From: an uncultured Gemmatimonadales bacterium
Lineage (GTDB): Bacteria; Gemmatimonadota; Gemmatimonadetes; Gemmatimonadales; GWC2-71-9
Assembly (NCBI GenBank): GCA_963842945.1
Contig: CAWJIM010000024.1
Location: forward strand, 96,001-160,000
DNA length: 64,000 bases
Reading direction: 5' to 3'
Below the pieces are notes generated by a model, which searched no databases, had not been told where the DNA came from, and saw only the letters and a list, made by a program, of their open reading frames with translations. Every line of letters starts with the position of its first letter. The stretch's first letter is position 1. The translations under genes were made by a program, and so were the position numbers. Below are positions 33,822 through 45,057 of the stretch, in pieces.

Positions 33822-35150
33822 TTAGTCTTCCAGATAGTACTCAATACCCAAATGGGTGATCTGCTTCTCACCCATCAGGTACCGAAGCGTGTTCTTGAGC
33901 TTGAGCTGCTGAATGAAGAGGTCGTGCTCGGGGTATAGTCCGGGTGCCACCTGCGGGCTCTTGAAGTAGAAGGAGAGCCACTCCTGGATCCCGGTGAGTC
34001 CGGCCCGCTGGGAAAGATCGAAGAACAGGGCCAGATCGAGCACCAGGGGCGCCGCCAGGATCGAGTCACGGCAGAGGAAATCGACCTTGATCTGCATCGG
34101 GTAACCCAGCCACCCGAAGATGTCGATGTTGTCCCAGCCCTCCTTGTTGTCACCCCGGGGCGGGTAGTAGTTGATCCGCACCTTGTGATACATGTTGCCG
34201 TACAGCTCGGGATAGAGCTGCGGCTGAAGGATGTACTCCAGCACGCCGAGCTTGGACTCTTCCTTGGTCTTGAAGCTCTCCGGATCGTCTAGCACTTCGC
34301 CATCCCGGTTGCCCAGGATGTTGGTTGAATACCATCCGGCCACGCCCAGCATTCTGGCCTTGAACATGGGCGAGAGCACGGTCTTGATCATCGTCTGGCC
34401 GGTCTTGAAGTCCTTGCCGCCGATGGGCACGCCCTTGCTCTTGGCCAACTGCTCCATCGCGGGAAAATCGCAGGTCAGGTTGGGAGCGCCGTTAGCGAAG
34501 GGCACCCGTTCCATGATGGCGGCGTAGGCGTACAGCATGGAGGGCGCGATCGTCGGATCGTTCGCGTCGACCGCCTTCTCGAACGCTTCCAGCGTCCAGT
34601 GGGCCGGACCCGGACTGATGAAGATCTCGGTGGAGGCGCACCAGATCATCACCAGGCGGTTGCATTTGTGCTTGGTCTTGAAGTCCCGGATGTCCTTGCG
34701 CAGGGCCTCGGCCTGGTCCCGCTTGCTGCCGCCCGGCTTGACGTTCTTGCCTTCCAGCCGTTTGACATACGCCTGATCGAACACCGCGGGCATCGGCTTG
34801 ATGCTCTTGAGGAAGCCGGCAATGGGCTCGATGTGCTCGTGCCGGTCCAGGACGCCGGCATGAAGGGCGGCGCTATATGCGTCGTCGGGCACCGGGTCCC
34901 AGGCCCCGAATACCAGATCGTCCAGCGCCGCCAGCGGCACGAATTCCCGGATGAGCGGCGCGCGCTTCTCGGTTCGCTTGCCCAGCCGGATGGTGCCCAT
35001 CTGGGTGACCGACCCGATCGGCCGAGCCGCTCCTCGGCGGATGTTCTCCACTCCCGCGATGAACGTCGTTGCAACCGCACCCAGTCCTACACACAACACT
35101 CCGAGCTTGCCGTCCGCCGGCGCGATTTGCCGGACCGTCGCTTCAGCCAC
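33822..35150 (-). CDS. ino1: Myo-inositol-1-phosphate synthase
   Basis: GLGAVATT, WCASTE, GKDFKTGQT, NILGNRDG, DSILAAPLVLDL, FYFKSP. Confidence 0.95.
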   Translation of the reverse strand: MAEATVRQIAPADGKLGVLCVGLGAVATTFIAGVENIRRGAARPIGSVTQMGTIRLGKRTEKRAPLIREFVPLAALDDLVFGAWDPVPDDAYSAALHAGVLDRHEHIEPIAGFLKSIKPMPAVFDQAYVKRLEGKNVKPGGSKRDQAEALRKDIRDFKTKHKCNRLVMIWCASTEIFISPGPAHWTLEAFEKAVDANDPTIAPSMLYAYAAIMERVPFANGAPNLTCDFPAMEQLAKSKGVPIGGKDFKTGQTMIKTVLSPMFKARMLGVAGWYSTNILGNRDGEVLDDPESFKTKEESKLGVLEYILQPQLYPELYGNMYHKVRINYYPPRGDNKEGWDNIDIFGWLGYPMQIKVDFLCRDSILAAPLVLDLALFFDLSQRAGLTGIQEWLSFYFKSPQVAPGLYPEHDLFIQQLKLKNTLRYLMGEKQITHLGIEYYLED

Positions 35151-35878
35151 TGCTATGTCCTTTTGCCAGGGGATCCAGCGCCGGCCGTTTGATCTTCCTT
35201 ACCTCGTCCATCCGCTGGACCGTCTCAGCGTGCAGCCGCTCTTCCGCCAGCAGAGCCTCGTCCACCAGCTCCGCATGCTGATAGACATACACGAAGCGCT
35301 GCACCACCGTGATAATCGAGGCGAGCGCCAGCAGGGCCACGATCGATTCCAGCAGCAGGGCATGGGGACCCGCACCGGCCAGCAGGGATGCGAAACCCAC
35401 CAGCAGCACCCGCTCCGCCCGCTGCGCGATGCCCACTTTACAGTCGAGTCCCAGCCCCTCGGCGCGCGCTCTGGCATAGGAGACCAGGAGCGAGCCCAGA
35501 ATGGCGATCATGCACAGAATGACGGCGAGGTTTCGGTAGGCGCACGTCCGGCGCGGTGAGGAGGAACGCTCCGATCCCGATGAAGGTCGCGCCATCGCCC
35601 ACCCGGTCCAGCGTGGAATCGTAGAACGCGCCGAAACGGGTGACCATCGCGCCGCTCCGCGCCACCTGCCCGTCCAGGGTGTCGGCCACGCCGCTCAGCA
35701 GGAGCAGGGTGCCGCCCCAACGGATGTGGCCGGTGGCGTACGCCACCGCGGAAACGAGAACGAGACCCGTCCCCACGGTGGTGATCGTATTGGGCCGTAC
35801 CCCGGAGCGAATGAGCCGCTGTACCAACGGGTTAACCGTGGCGTAAAACGGCTTCTCCAACGCACCTAGCAGCTTCAC
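35143..35878 (-). CDS. CDP-alcohol phosphatidyltransferase (PIP-synthase/PgsA-like), frameshift near 35545
   Basis: PNTIT, DTLDGQVAR...GAFYDSTLDRVGD, SYARARAEG, RAER. Confidence 0.9.
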
Positions 35879-36004
35879 CGTCGGCTCGATCCTCGCAGGA
35901 ACGGGTGATCAAAATTGCCGCGAAAGGATAACTGCCAGAACCGGTTAGGGCAATTACACGGGGCAGCGGGGACTTCGGGCGGGCGAGACCGATCCGCTCT
36001 TGGG

Positions 36005-37225
36005 TCAGCGATACAGCAGAGTTGGCAGCCGCCGTTTCCGAAACTGCTCCAGCTTGGAACTCCAACTTTTCACGATTTCACCCGCTGGTACTTCGCGCTC
36101 GATCTGCTCTCGCAACGTCGGTCCGCCCGCCAGGCGATCGAAGTGCGCCGGTATCCACTTAAAGTATTCCGGGTGAGCCTCTCTTATCACACTGAGAAGA
36201 TGGACCGCGGTGGCGGTCGGGTCGTAGGAGGAGCGGTCGGTGACCTCCAGCCTGATCCCGGCCAACGCGGTGTCGGCATACTTGGCATCCCCCGGCTTTC
36301 GCGGCGTGAACTGGACCCCGGAAAACCGCACGCCCGGAAGCGCGGCTGCCCGGATCGCTGTCAGCACACTAGTTGTGTCGAGCCAGGGAGCGCCCACCTG
36401 CTCGAATGGAGCATCCGACCCCCGCCCCACCGACAGGTTGGTCCCCTCGAAGAGGCAGGTGCCCGGGTAATGAAACAGACTTTCCAGGGAACGGAGATTC
36501 GGGCTGGGAGGAATAAAGGGAAGACCAGTCTGGTCCAGCGCCTGATCTCGCCGCCACCCAGCGACCGGTATCACCCGCAGATCAACCCGGATCTCCAGGT
36601 CCTGCGCGGCGAGACGGGCCAGCTCGCCCAGACTCATTCCATGGCGCATCGGGACGGCCAGGCTGCCCACCTTCGAGGTGAAGGCCGGGTCGAGCACGTT
36701 GCCCTGCACCAGGCCGCCGATGGGATTGGGCCGGTCGAGTATCAGCACCGGCAGCTTCCGGCGCGCTGCCGCCTGCATCACCTCGATCGTGGTGGCGAGA
36801 TAGGTGTAGTAGCGGGCGCCTGCGTCCTGCAAATCCACCAGCATCATATCGATGCCTTGAAGCATCTCGTCGGTGGGGGCAGAACTCCGGCCATAAAGAC
36901 TGTAGATTGGAAGCCCAGTGGCCGAATCTTTCGAAGACGCAACCAGAGCGCCCGGATCGGCCGCCCCCTGAAATCCGTGCTCGGGGCTGAACAGCGCCAC
37001 CAGCCGGATCCCGGCATCTCGCAGCCGCGTCACGTCGCTGATCCCCTGTGCATCCACGCCGGCCTGGTTGGTTACCAGACCGACCCGTCGGTTGCGGACC
37101 AGCTGCGTGCTGTCGCTCAGCAGGACCTCGATGCCCGGGCGTACGCGATCGCGGACGGCGCTGGTGCCAGCCGCGCAGCCGATACACCACCCCCAGATTC
37201 CCGTTAGGGCCAAAGCTCTGTGCAA
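36005..37225 (-). CDS. namZ: DUF1343 / NamZ-like exo-beta-N-acetylmuramidase (start approximate)
   Basis: GLVTNQAG, FSPEHG, DLQDAGARYYTY, LDRPNP, PSPNL, SVGRG. Confidence 0.88.
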   Translation of the reverse strand: MHRALALTGIWGWCIGCAAGTSAVRDRVRPGIEVLLSDSTQLVRNRRVGLVTNQAGVDAQGISDVTRLRDAGIRLVALFSPEHGFQGAADPGALVASSKDSATGLPIYSLYGRSSAPTDEMLQGIDMMLVDLQDAGARYYTYLATTIEVMQAAARRKLPVLILDRPNPIGGLVQGNVLDPAFTSKVGSLAVPMRHGMSLGELARLAAQDLEIRVDLRVIPVAGWRRDQALDQTGLPFIPPSPNLRSLESLFHYPGTCLFEGTNLSVGRGSDAPFEQVGAPWLDTTSVLTAIRAAALPGVRFSGVQFTPRKPGDAKYADTALAGIRLEVTDRSSYDPTATAVHLLSVIREAHPEYFKWIPAHFDRLAGGPTLREQIEREVPAGEIVKSWSSKLEQFRKRRLPTLLYR

Positions 37226-38968
37226 TCCAAGTACCTCGTAGTGGCGTTGCTGGTGGTAGGGGCCTGCGGCAGAAGTAGCACCGCTCCGACCCCCCAACCG
37301 GCACAATTTCCGGGGCAGCCGACGCCGCCGGAAGTGGACATCGACGCGCTGCTCGGGTCACTCTCGTTGAGAGACCGGATAGCCCAGCTGGTCATTCCCT
37401 GGATCCCCGGGTCCTACGCCGCGTTCGATGACGAGGCCTTTGCCCGGATGCAGGTCTGGGTGGACTCGCTCCACGTCGGTGGTCTGCTGGTGTCGGTGGG
37501 ATCACCACTCGACGTCGCGGCCAAGCTCAACCGGCTGCAAGAGCGCTCGGCCGTGCCGCTGCTGGTCGGGTCCGACCTGGAAGCGGGCACCGCCATTCGG
37601 CTGAACGGCGGAACGCCGTTCCCTCCCAATATGGGCATTGGCGCGACGGCTCGGGACTCCGACGCCTATGAAGTGGGACGGATTACCGCACTCGAGGGTC
37701 GAGCGGTGGGCATCCACCTGGCCTTCGCGCCGGTGGCGGACGTGAACAACAATCCGGCCAATCCCATTATCAATGTTCGCTCCTTCGGCGAAGACCCCGA
37801 GGCAGTCGGCCACTTGGTCTCCGCGGAAGTCCGGGGGCTCCAGGACAACGGGATGCTCGCCACCGCCAAACATTTCCCGGGACACGGAGATACCGGCAGC
37901 GATTCTCATCTGGTGCTTCCCGTGTTGTTCAGCAACTGGGCCCGTCTGAGCTCGGTCGAGCTGGTTCCCTTTCGAAGCGCCATAGCCGCAGGCGTTACCG
38001 CGATCATGTCGGCTCACATCGCGCTGCCCGGCATGGATGGCGGGCTCATGCGGCCCGGTACCGTGGTTCCCAACATACTCACCGGCATCCTGCGGGACTC
38101 GCTCGGCTTCAAGGGACTGGTGATCACGGACGCGCTCAACATGGGTGGGATCGGCAACGTGTACGGGGCGGAGGCGGGGGTGCGCGCCTTCCAGGCCGGC
38201 GCCGATCTGTTGCTGCAGCCGGCCGATCCGGGCCAGGCGATCGACGCCATGGCGGCAGCGATCGGCCGGCGCGAGATCACGCCCGAGCGGTTGGACCGGT
38301 CGGTGCGCCGCGTGCTCGAGCTCAAGCGGCGGCTGGGCCTGTTCATCCGCAGAACGGTCCCGCTCGACAGCATTCCGGCGGTCGTGGGCAAGGCCGAATT
38401 TCGGGATGAGGCGCGCGCCATGGCATCGCGCTCCATCGTCATGGTGAAGGATGTGAATGGGCTGGTGCACAGCCTACGGCGCAGCCGGCCATCCCTCGCC
38501 ATGATCACCTACGGCGAGGAGGACAGCCGATCGCTGGGCAACGCCCTCGGGTCCGAGCTCAGGACCCGGGGATTTTCGGTGACCACGTTCAAACTGTGGC
38601 CCGCCAGCGGGCCGGCCAGCTACGATTCCGCCGCCAGCGCTATAGCTCAGGGATCAGTCACTCTGTTTGCCATCTCCGACCGGCCCACCGATCGCCGCGG
38701 CAATCTCGGATTCCCGGAGCCGGTCGGTTCCTTGATCTTTGCCACCGCCCGGGCTCGGCCAACCATCCTGGTGTCGCTGGGAAATCCCTACCTCATCAGC
38801 GACCTGCCCGAGGTGGGCTCCTATCTGATCGGCTGGCGCTCGAACTCCGTGACCGAGCAGGCGGTCGCCCGCGCGCTGGCCGGCGTCGCACCGATCACCG
38901 GCCGGCTCCCCATTTCCATTCCGCCGACCTATCCCCGCGGCTGGGGTCTGCAGCGGCACCTCCCGTGA
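37220..38968 (+). CDS. nagZ: GH3 beta-N-acetylhexosaminidase lipoprotein (NagZ-like)
   Basis: Lipobox GAC, APVADVNNNP, RSFGED, KHFPGHGDTGSDSH, TDALNM. Confidence 0.92.
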   Translation: MQSKYLVVALLVVGACGRSSTAPTPQPAQFPGQPTPPEVDIDALLGSLSLRDRIAQLVIPWIPGSYAAFDDEAFARMQVWVDSLHVGGLLVSVGSPLDVAAKLNRLQERSAVPLLVGSDLEAGTAIRLNGGTPFPPNMGIGATARDSDAYEVGRITALEGRAVGIHLAFAPVADVNNNPANPIINVRSFGEDPEAVGHLVSAEVRGLQDNGMLATAKHFPGHGDTGSDSHLVLPVLFSNWARLSSVELVPFRSAIAAGVTAIMSAHIALPGMDGGLMRPGTVVPNILTGILRDSLGFKGLVITDALNMGGIGNVYGAEAGVRAFQAGADLLLQPADPGQAIDAMAAAIGRREITPERLDRSVRRVLELKRRLGLFIRRTVPLDSIPAVVGKAEFRDEARAMASRSIVMVKDVNGLVHSLRRSRPSLAMITYGEEDSRSLGNALGSELRTRGFSVTTFKLWPASGPASYDSAASAIAQGSVTLFAISDRPTDRRGNLGFPEPVGSLIFATARARPTILVSLGNPYLISDLPEVGSYLIGWRSNSVTEQAVARALAGVAPITGRLPISIPPTYPRGWGLQRHLP

Positions 38969-40175
38969 ATGGAGGGCGGATCACTCTTGTCCTCCTGCTT
39001 GCCGCTTGTGTCCCCAGTCATCCCAACGATTCGCCCAGTCCCGTGCTCCGGCTGAAGATCGATTGGCAACCGGTCATGCATTATCTCGACTCGGCGGTAG
39101 CCAGAGGTGCCGCTCCCGGTGCGGTGCTGGGCGTAATCCATGACGGCGAACGCTTCGTCTATGGCACCGGCCGCCTCGGTGACCTCGATGCCAGCCGTCC
39201 CGGCCCCAGCACTGTGTACGACCTCGCTTCTTTGACCAAGGTGGTCGGGCTTACCACCGGGCTGATGTTGGGGGTGAGCGAAGGAAAGATCGAGTTGGAC
39301 GCTCCGGTGCAGCGTTACGTTCCCGCATTCGCCGGGCCGGAGAAGGCAAGAATTACGGTACGCCTGCTTCTGGCTCACGCCGGAGGGCTCCCGGCCTGGA
39401 GACCGTTGTTCCGGGAGGTATCCAGCCGGCAAGACGCCTTCGCGCTGGCAGACACCACTCCCCTCGAATATCCCCCCGGGTCTCAAGACGTCTACTCCGA
39501 TCTGGGCGCGATCGTTCTCACCCAAGTCTTGGAGACCGTCTACCATCAGCGCATCGACTCGCTGCTGGAGCAGCGGATCTTTGGCCCCCTGGGCCTAGCC
39601 TCGTTGCGCTATCGACCGCCGCCGGCCTGGCTTTCCCGCATCGCCCCGAGCGAGATGGACCCCTGGCGCGGGCGAGTCCTTCGGGGCGAGGTGCACGACG
39701 AAAACGCGGCGGTGATGGACGGCGTCTCCGGTCACGCCGGGCTTTTTGGCTCGGTGGAGGATCTGCTGGGGTTTGCGGAATGGATGCTGGAACAGGCGGA
39801 CGGGCGGAAGGCGGTCGGGCGGTCGGATCGACCGGGAGCACGGATGGGATGGACCGACCGTCCGACCGTCCGACCGTCCGACCTTCCGTCGTCCAGACAT
39901 TCACCACCCGCCAGAACCTCGTCCCCGGCTCCAGTCGCGCGCTGGGCTGGGACACGCCGGACTCTGGGAGCAGCTCGGGCCGCCTGCTTTCGCCGCACAG
40001 CATCGGCCACACCGGCTTCACCGGTACCTCCATCTGGATCGATTTCGACCGCCGGGTCGCCATCGTGCTGCTCAGCAACCGGGTGCACCCCACCCGGAAC
40101 AACCCGCGCTGGAATCCGGTGCGTGCCGGCATCGCGGATCTGGTCATGACCACCCTCTTCGAGGACGTGCGATGA
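38965..40175 (+). CDS. Serine hydrolase, beta-lactamase-related (AmiE-like); 1-nt frameshift inside a repeat insertion near 39810
   Basis: DLASLTK, YSD, GEVHDEN, GHAGLF, GHTGFTGTS, LSNRVHP. Confidence 0.88.
39795..39890. repeat. Inverted tandem-repeat element, 8-nt units (GCGGTCGG / CCGACCGT), inside a CDS
   Basis: gcggacgg gcggaag gcggtcgg gcggtcgg ... ccgaccgt x3 ccgacctt. Confidence 0.85.
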
Positions 40176-41972
40176 CACTTCACCTCTCCGACTGGCTCAT
40201 CATCGCGTTGTATTTCGTGATCTCGGCGGCGATCGGGTTGGCCTATACCCGGAAGGCGAGCCGGTCCCTGGCCGACTACTTCGTGACCGGCCGCTCGCTG
40301 CCCTGGTGGCTGGCGGGGACCTCGATGGTGGCCACCACCTTTGCCGCCGATACGCCCCTGGCGGTGGCCGGCTTTGTGGCCAAGTACGGCGTGGCCGGGA
40401 ACTGGCTCTGGTGGAACGGCGCGTTCGCCGTGGTTATGACCGTGTTCTTCTTCGCCCGGCTGTGGCGGCGCGCAGGTGTTCTGACCGACGTCGAGTTCGC
40501 CGAGCTGCGGTATGGCGGGCGGCCGGCAGCCGCGCTACGAGGCTTTCGTGCTCTCTATCTCGCTCTTCCCATCAATCTGATCATCATGGGCTGGGTCACC
40601 CGTGCCATGGTCACCATCCTTCAGGTCACTCTGAACGTGAACCCGTGGCGCGCCGCCATCCTGCTCTTCGGCGTCACGGCCTTGTACAGCGTGTTCTCCG
40701 GGCTCTGGGGGGTGATCGTCACCGATGCCTTCCAGTTCGTGGTGGCGATGGGTGGAACCATCCTGCTCGCGGTATTTGCCGTGAATTCGGTCGGCGGCCT
40801 CGACGTGCTGGTGCAGAAATCCGCGGCCCACTTCGGGTCCGCCGAGGCCGCGTTCGGCGTTCTTCCGCCGCTGGATCAGGCGTGGCTGCCGCTCAGCACT
40901 CTGCTGATCTTTCTGGGCGTGCAGTGGTGGGCGGCCTGGTATCCCGGGCAGGAACCGGGTGGCGGCGGCTACGTGGTGCAGCGCATCCTCTCCGCCAAGG
41001 ACGAGCGCCACGGGCTGCTGGCCACCCTGTGGTTCACCATTGCCCACTTCGCCCTGCGGCCCTGGCCCTGGATCCTGGTGGGATTCGTGGGCCTTGATTC
41101 GCTATCCCGGCCTGGTCAATCCCGAGGAAGGCTACGTCCGGGTCATGGTGGATGTGCTTCCCTCTCCTTTCAAGGGGCTGCTCCTGGCGGCATTCGCTGC
41201 GGCATACATGAGCACCATCAGTACCCACCTGAACTGGGGCGCCTCCTATCTCGTCAACGACGTGTACCTGCGATTCATCAAGCCGCAGGCCAGCCCGCGG
41301 GCGCAGGTCATCGCCTCGCGGATCGCGACCACCGTGCTGATGGTCTGCTCTCTGATTGTGATGAGCTTCCTCAGCAGCGTGGAGCAGGGCTGGAAGATTC
41401 TGATCGGGCTCGGAGCCGGCACCGGACTGGTGTTCATCCTGCGCTGGTACTGGTGGCGGGTAAACGCATGGTCCGAGATCAGCGCGATGATCGCCTCATT
41501 CGTGACCTCCCTTGTCCTGGCGCGCTACGGTTACAACCTGGACGACCTGTCCAAGCCGGCGTATGCCATCACCATGCTGATCACGGTGGGAGTCACCACG
41601 GTGGTATGGCTGACGGTGACCTTCGCGACTCAGCCGGAGAGCGAGGCGACGCTCGATCGGTTCTATCGCCGGGTCCGCCCCGGTGGACCGGGCTGGCGGC
41701 CGGTCTCGGCTCGGTTGGGATTTGCCGGCGACACCATACCCGGGGGCGCCCTGTCCTGGGTGAACTGGGTAGCCGGCCTCGCCACGGTGTACTGCGCCCT
41801 GGTTGGCATCGGGTCCCTGCTCACCGGCTCCCACCTGAAAGCCCTGCTCTACGGGGTCGGCGCGGTGGCGGCTTTCGCGTTGATTCAGCGTAATTTGCGG
41901 GCCGATCAGCAGTATATCGCCAACGTTGACAGGACCCGCGGCGGCGACTTAGAATTCTCTCAGTCCAACTGA
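40172..41972 (+). CDS. Sodium:solute symporter (SSS), frameshift near 41090
   Basis: DYFVTGRSLPWWLAGTSMVATTF, TDAFQF, QRILSAKD, AAYMST. Confidence 0.9.
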
Positions 41973-42024
41973 GGTTTCCCCGCTGGCAGACTTCCCCTAA
42001 GTGGGGCTGACCGAAGGAGATAGA

Positions 42025-42393
42025 ATGAGCGGTGTCGAGCAGCAGTCCCCCGCCACCGGCTTCAGCATGGTGCTGACGCCGAGGGCGGCCGAAGAGGTGC
42101 AGAAGTTCATCACCCAGGAACAGGTTCCAGCCGAGAGCGCCGGCCTCCGGGTCAGCGTGCTTCCCGGTGGCTGCTCCGGGTTCAAGTACAGCCTGAACAT
42201 CGAAGAGCGGCCGCTGGAAGATGATATGGTGGCGGAGGTCAACGGCGTCCGGGTCTTCGTGGACGGCTTCAGCGCCCAGTATCTCACCGGCATCACCATC
42301 GACTACGTGACCTCGATGCAGGGCTCCGGCTTCACGTTCAACAACCCCAACGCCTCCGGCGGGTGCGGGTGCGGCAGCAGCTTTACTGCGTGA
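42025..42393 (+). CDS. A-type Fe-S carrier (IscA/ErpA/HesB)
   Basis: GGCSGFKY and NPNASGGCGCGSSF. Confidence 0.95.
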   Translation: MSGVEQQSPATGFSMVLTPRAAEEVQKFITQEQVPAESAGLRVSVLPGGCSGFKYSLNIEERPLEDDMVAEVNGVRVFVDGFSAQYLTGITIDYVTSMQGSGFTFNNPNASGGCGCGSSFTA

Positions 42394-42511
42394 GCGGTAG
42401 GCGGTGAGCGGTAAGCGGGCGGCCAGAGAAGATCGGATTCTCTGGCCGCCTTCGCGTGTCGCGCTGCCCGCTCACCGCTCACCGCTTACCTTCTCACCGC
42501 TCACCGCTCAC
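42390..42511. repeat. Inverted tandem-repeat element, 7-nt units (GTGAGCG / CGCTCAC), with internal hairpin
   Basis: 4 left units at 42390-42417, hairpin ggcggccagagaa-gatcgga-ttctctggccgcc, 6 right units at 42469-42511. Confidence 0.9.
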
Positions 42512-42515
42512 GCTC

Positions 42516-44005
42516 TTGAGCACACGCCGACCTCGTCGTCGTCGTACTCTACTTCGTCTTTACCCTGGGCCTCGGCCTATGGGTGGCCCGGCGCCAACGA
42601 AGCGCGACCGACTACTTTCTCGGCGCGCGAGACCTGCCGGCCTGGGCCATTCTCCTCTCCATCGTCGCCACGGAGACCTCGGCGCTCACCGTCATCTCGG
42701 TGCCCGGGATCGGCGCGCGCTCCGACCTGACCTTTCTCCAGCTCACCTTTGGCTATCTGATCGGCAGGATCGCCGTCGCCCGCTGGCTCCTGCCCGGATA
42801 CTTCCGGGGCGAGCAGGAGACCGCCTATGCCCGGCTGGAGTCGCGCTTCGGCGTGGGCACACGCCGCCTTACCTCTACCGTCTTCCTGGTCACCCGATTC
42901 CTGGGCGATGCCGTGCGGGTGTTCGCCAGCGCGATTCCGCTGGCGCTGGTCACCGGCTGGAGCATGCCCACCTCGATCGTGGTGATGGGGATCGTCACCA
43001 TGATTTACACCTGGTTCGGCGGGTTCAAGGCGGTGGTGTGGACCGACGTGCTCCAGCTCTCAGTGTATCTGGCAGGAGGCATCGGGGCCCTGCTGGTGGC
43101 GTGGAGCATCGCGGGTGGCCCAGGACACGCGCTCGACCTGGCGGGCCAGGCGGGGAAGCTCAGAATCATCGATGCTCAGGTGGACTTCACCCACACCTAC
43201 ACGCTGCTGGGTGGGCTGGTGGGTGGAGCGCTGTTGTCCGCCGCCTCACACGGCACCGACCACCTCATCGTGCAGCGACTGCTGGCCACCCGCTCGCTGC
43301 GCGACGCCCGCATCGCGCTGATCGGCTCGGGGGTGATGGTGATCCTGCAGTTTGCCCTCTTCCTGCTGGTGGGGTCAGCCATCTGGGCCGCTGGGCTGGC
43401 GCCGTCGAGTGTGCCCGGAGACGAGCTGTTTCCCTCGTTCGTCCTGCACTATCTGCCCACCGGACTGGCCGGCCTGGTGGTCGCCGGGATCCTGGCCGCG
43501 GCCATGGGGACCCACAGCTCCGCCATCAACTCGCTGGCCTCGTCGGCGACGCATGACCTGTACGCGTCCTGGACCGGCCGGCAGGATCCCGCCCACTGCT
43601 CAGGTCGGCCGGCTGCTCTCGGCCATGTGGGCACTGGCCTTGGTGGGAGGAGCGCTCTTCTTTCACTTCGCCGCCAGCGGCAAAGACACTCCGGTCGTGG
43701 TGCTCGCGCTCTCGATCGCTTCGGTCACCTACGGGCCGCTGCTGGGCACCTATCTCCTGGCCACCCGCTGGCCTCGGGCCCGAAGCCGCGATGTGGTGGC
43801 GGCCGTTGCGGTGACGGTCAGCGCGATGCTGATCGTGGTCTTCGCCCGCCAGCTGTCGGCACTCGGAGGGCCGGCCTGGCTGACCCCGCTCGGCCGCCTT
43901 GCCTGGCCCTGGTACGTCCCCCTGGGCACCTTCCTGTGTGTCGCCACCGGCGTCTCCCTCAGCTACCTTCCCCCGTCACGGCAGGCAACGCTTAGCCGCA
44001 GATAA
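42516..44005 (+). CDS. Sodium:solute symporter (SSS), frameshifts near 42520 and 43595
   Basis: DYFLGARDLP, SIVATETS, KAVVWTDVLQ, GTDHLIVQRLL. Confidence 0.88.
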
Positions 44006-44134
44006 CGTTGCCCAGATAAACGCAGATGCGCTCATCGCGGATACTCCGCCAGCCGCATCCGGGTCAGCACCAGCTCGGCAATCAGCCGTGACTGAACGCG
44101 TTATCTGCGTTATCTGCGTTCATCTGCGGCAAAG
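43992..44134. repeat. Inverted tandem-repeat element, 9-10-nt units (CGCAGATAA / TTATCTGCG)
   Basis: gccgcagataac..cccagataaacgcagatg ... ttatctgcg ttatctgcg ttcatctgcggc; perfect terminal GCCGCAGAT/ATCTGCGGC. Confidence 0.85.
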
Positions 44135-44153
44135 TTTTTACTCGGAACGTCAA

Positions 44154-45057
44154 ATGCCGAAAACCCTGATCGGGGCGGATGTCGGAGGGACCAAGACCGC
44201 AGTCGGTGTGTCTCACGACGGGAAGATCGTGGGTCGCGCCGACGGGCCCGGAGCCGCGGTTCGGCCGGGCCGGGCACTGGCGTCGGCCAGCACGATTGTG
44301 GAAGTGGTGCGGGCCGCGCTGTCCAGCGCCGGCCGGCTTCGGGGCGACGTGCTGGTGGTGGGTGCGGCCGGTGCGGGCCGGGAGCCGGAGCGAGACGAGT
44401 TGCGCACCGCGCTACGGAACGAGAACATCGCCTCCCACGTGATGGTCACCACCGACATCGAGGTCGCCCTGGCCGGCGCCTTCGCCGATGGGCCCGGCAT
44501 CGTGGTAAGCGCGGGCACCGGAAGCGTCGCGGTAGGCCGGGATCAGACAGGGAACCGCCACCGGATGGGCGGCTACGGCTGGCAGATGGGCGACGAGGGA
44601 AGTGGCTACGCGATTGGACGGGCGTCGCTCGGCGCCGTGAGCCGCGCCCGCGACGGCCGGAGTCCCCCGACCGCGCTGAGTGAGCGGATCCTGCAGGTCA
44701 CCCGGAGCGCCGACTTCGATGCTCTGGTGCGCTGGGCGGCCGGGGCCTCGCCCGCCGAAGTAGCGGCCCTCGCTCCCCACGTGCTCGAGGTCGGTGCCGG
44801 GGGCGACACCCTGGCACAAGGGTATTGCCGATTATGCGGCGCGAGAGCTGTCCCAGCTCGCCATCTGCCTGTTGCCCAAGATGGAGGTCACGCCACCGGT
44901 GCCAGTGGCGATTACCGGCGGCTTGCTCAACGGCCATCAGCCGCTCCGCCAGGCGCTCCTCGCCAAGCTCCGCGAGGAGTCCGCGTTTCAGCCTACCGAA
45001 GCGCCGGTGGACGCCGTCGCCGGCGCGCTGCGACTGGCCGAATCGGTCGAGCTCTAA
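44154..45057 (+). CDS. BadF/BadG/BcrA/BcrD-family sugar kinase (GlcNAc/MurNAc kinase-like), frameshift near 44820
   Basis: GADVGGTKT, SAGTGS, GGYGWQMGDEGSGYAIG, TGGLL. Confidence 0.87.

Noticed and set aside
44698..45050. C-terminal extension of the amino acid permease
   Set aside because: It overlaps the kinase antisense by about 360 nt; probably a lost stop from an indel.
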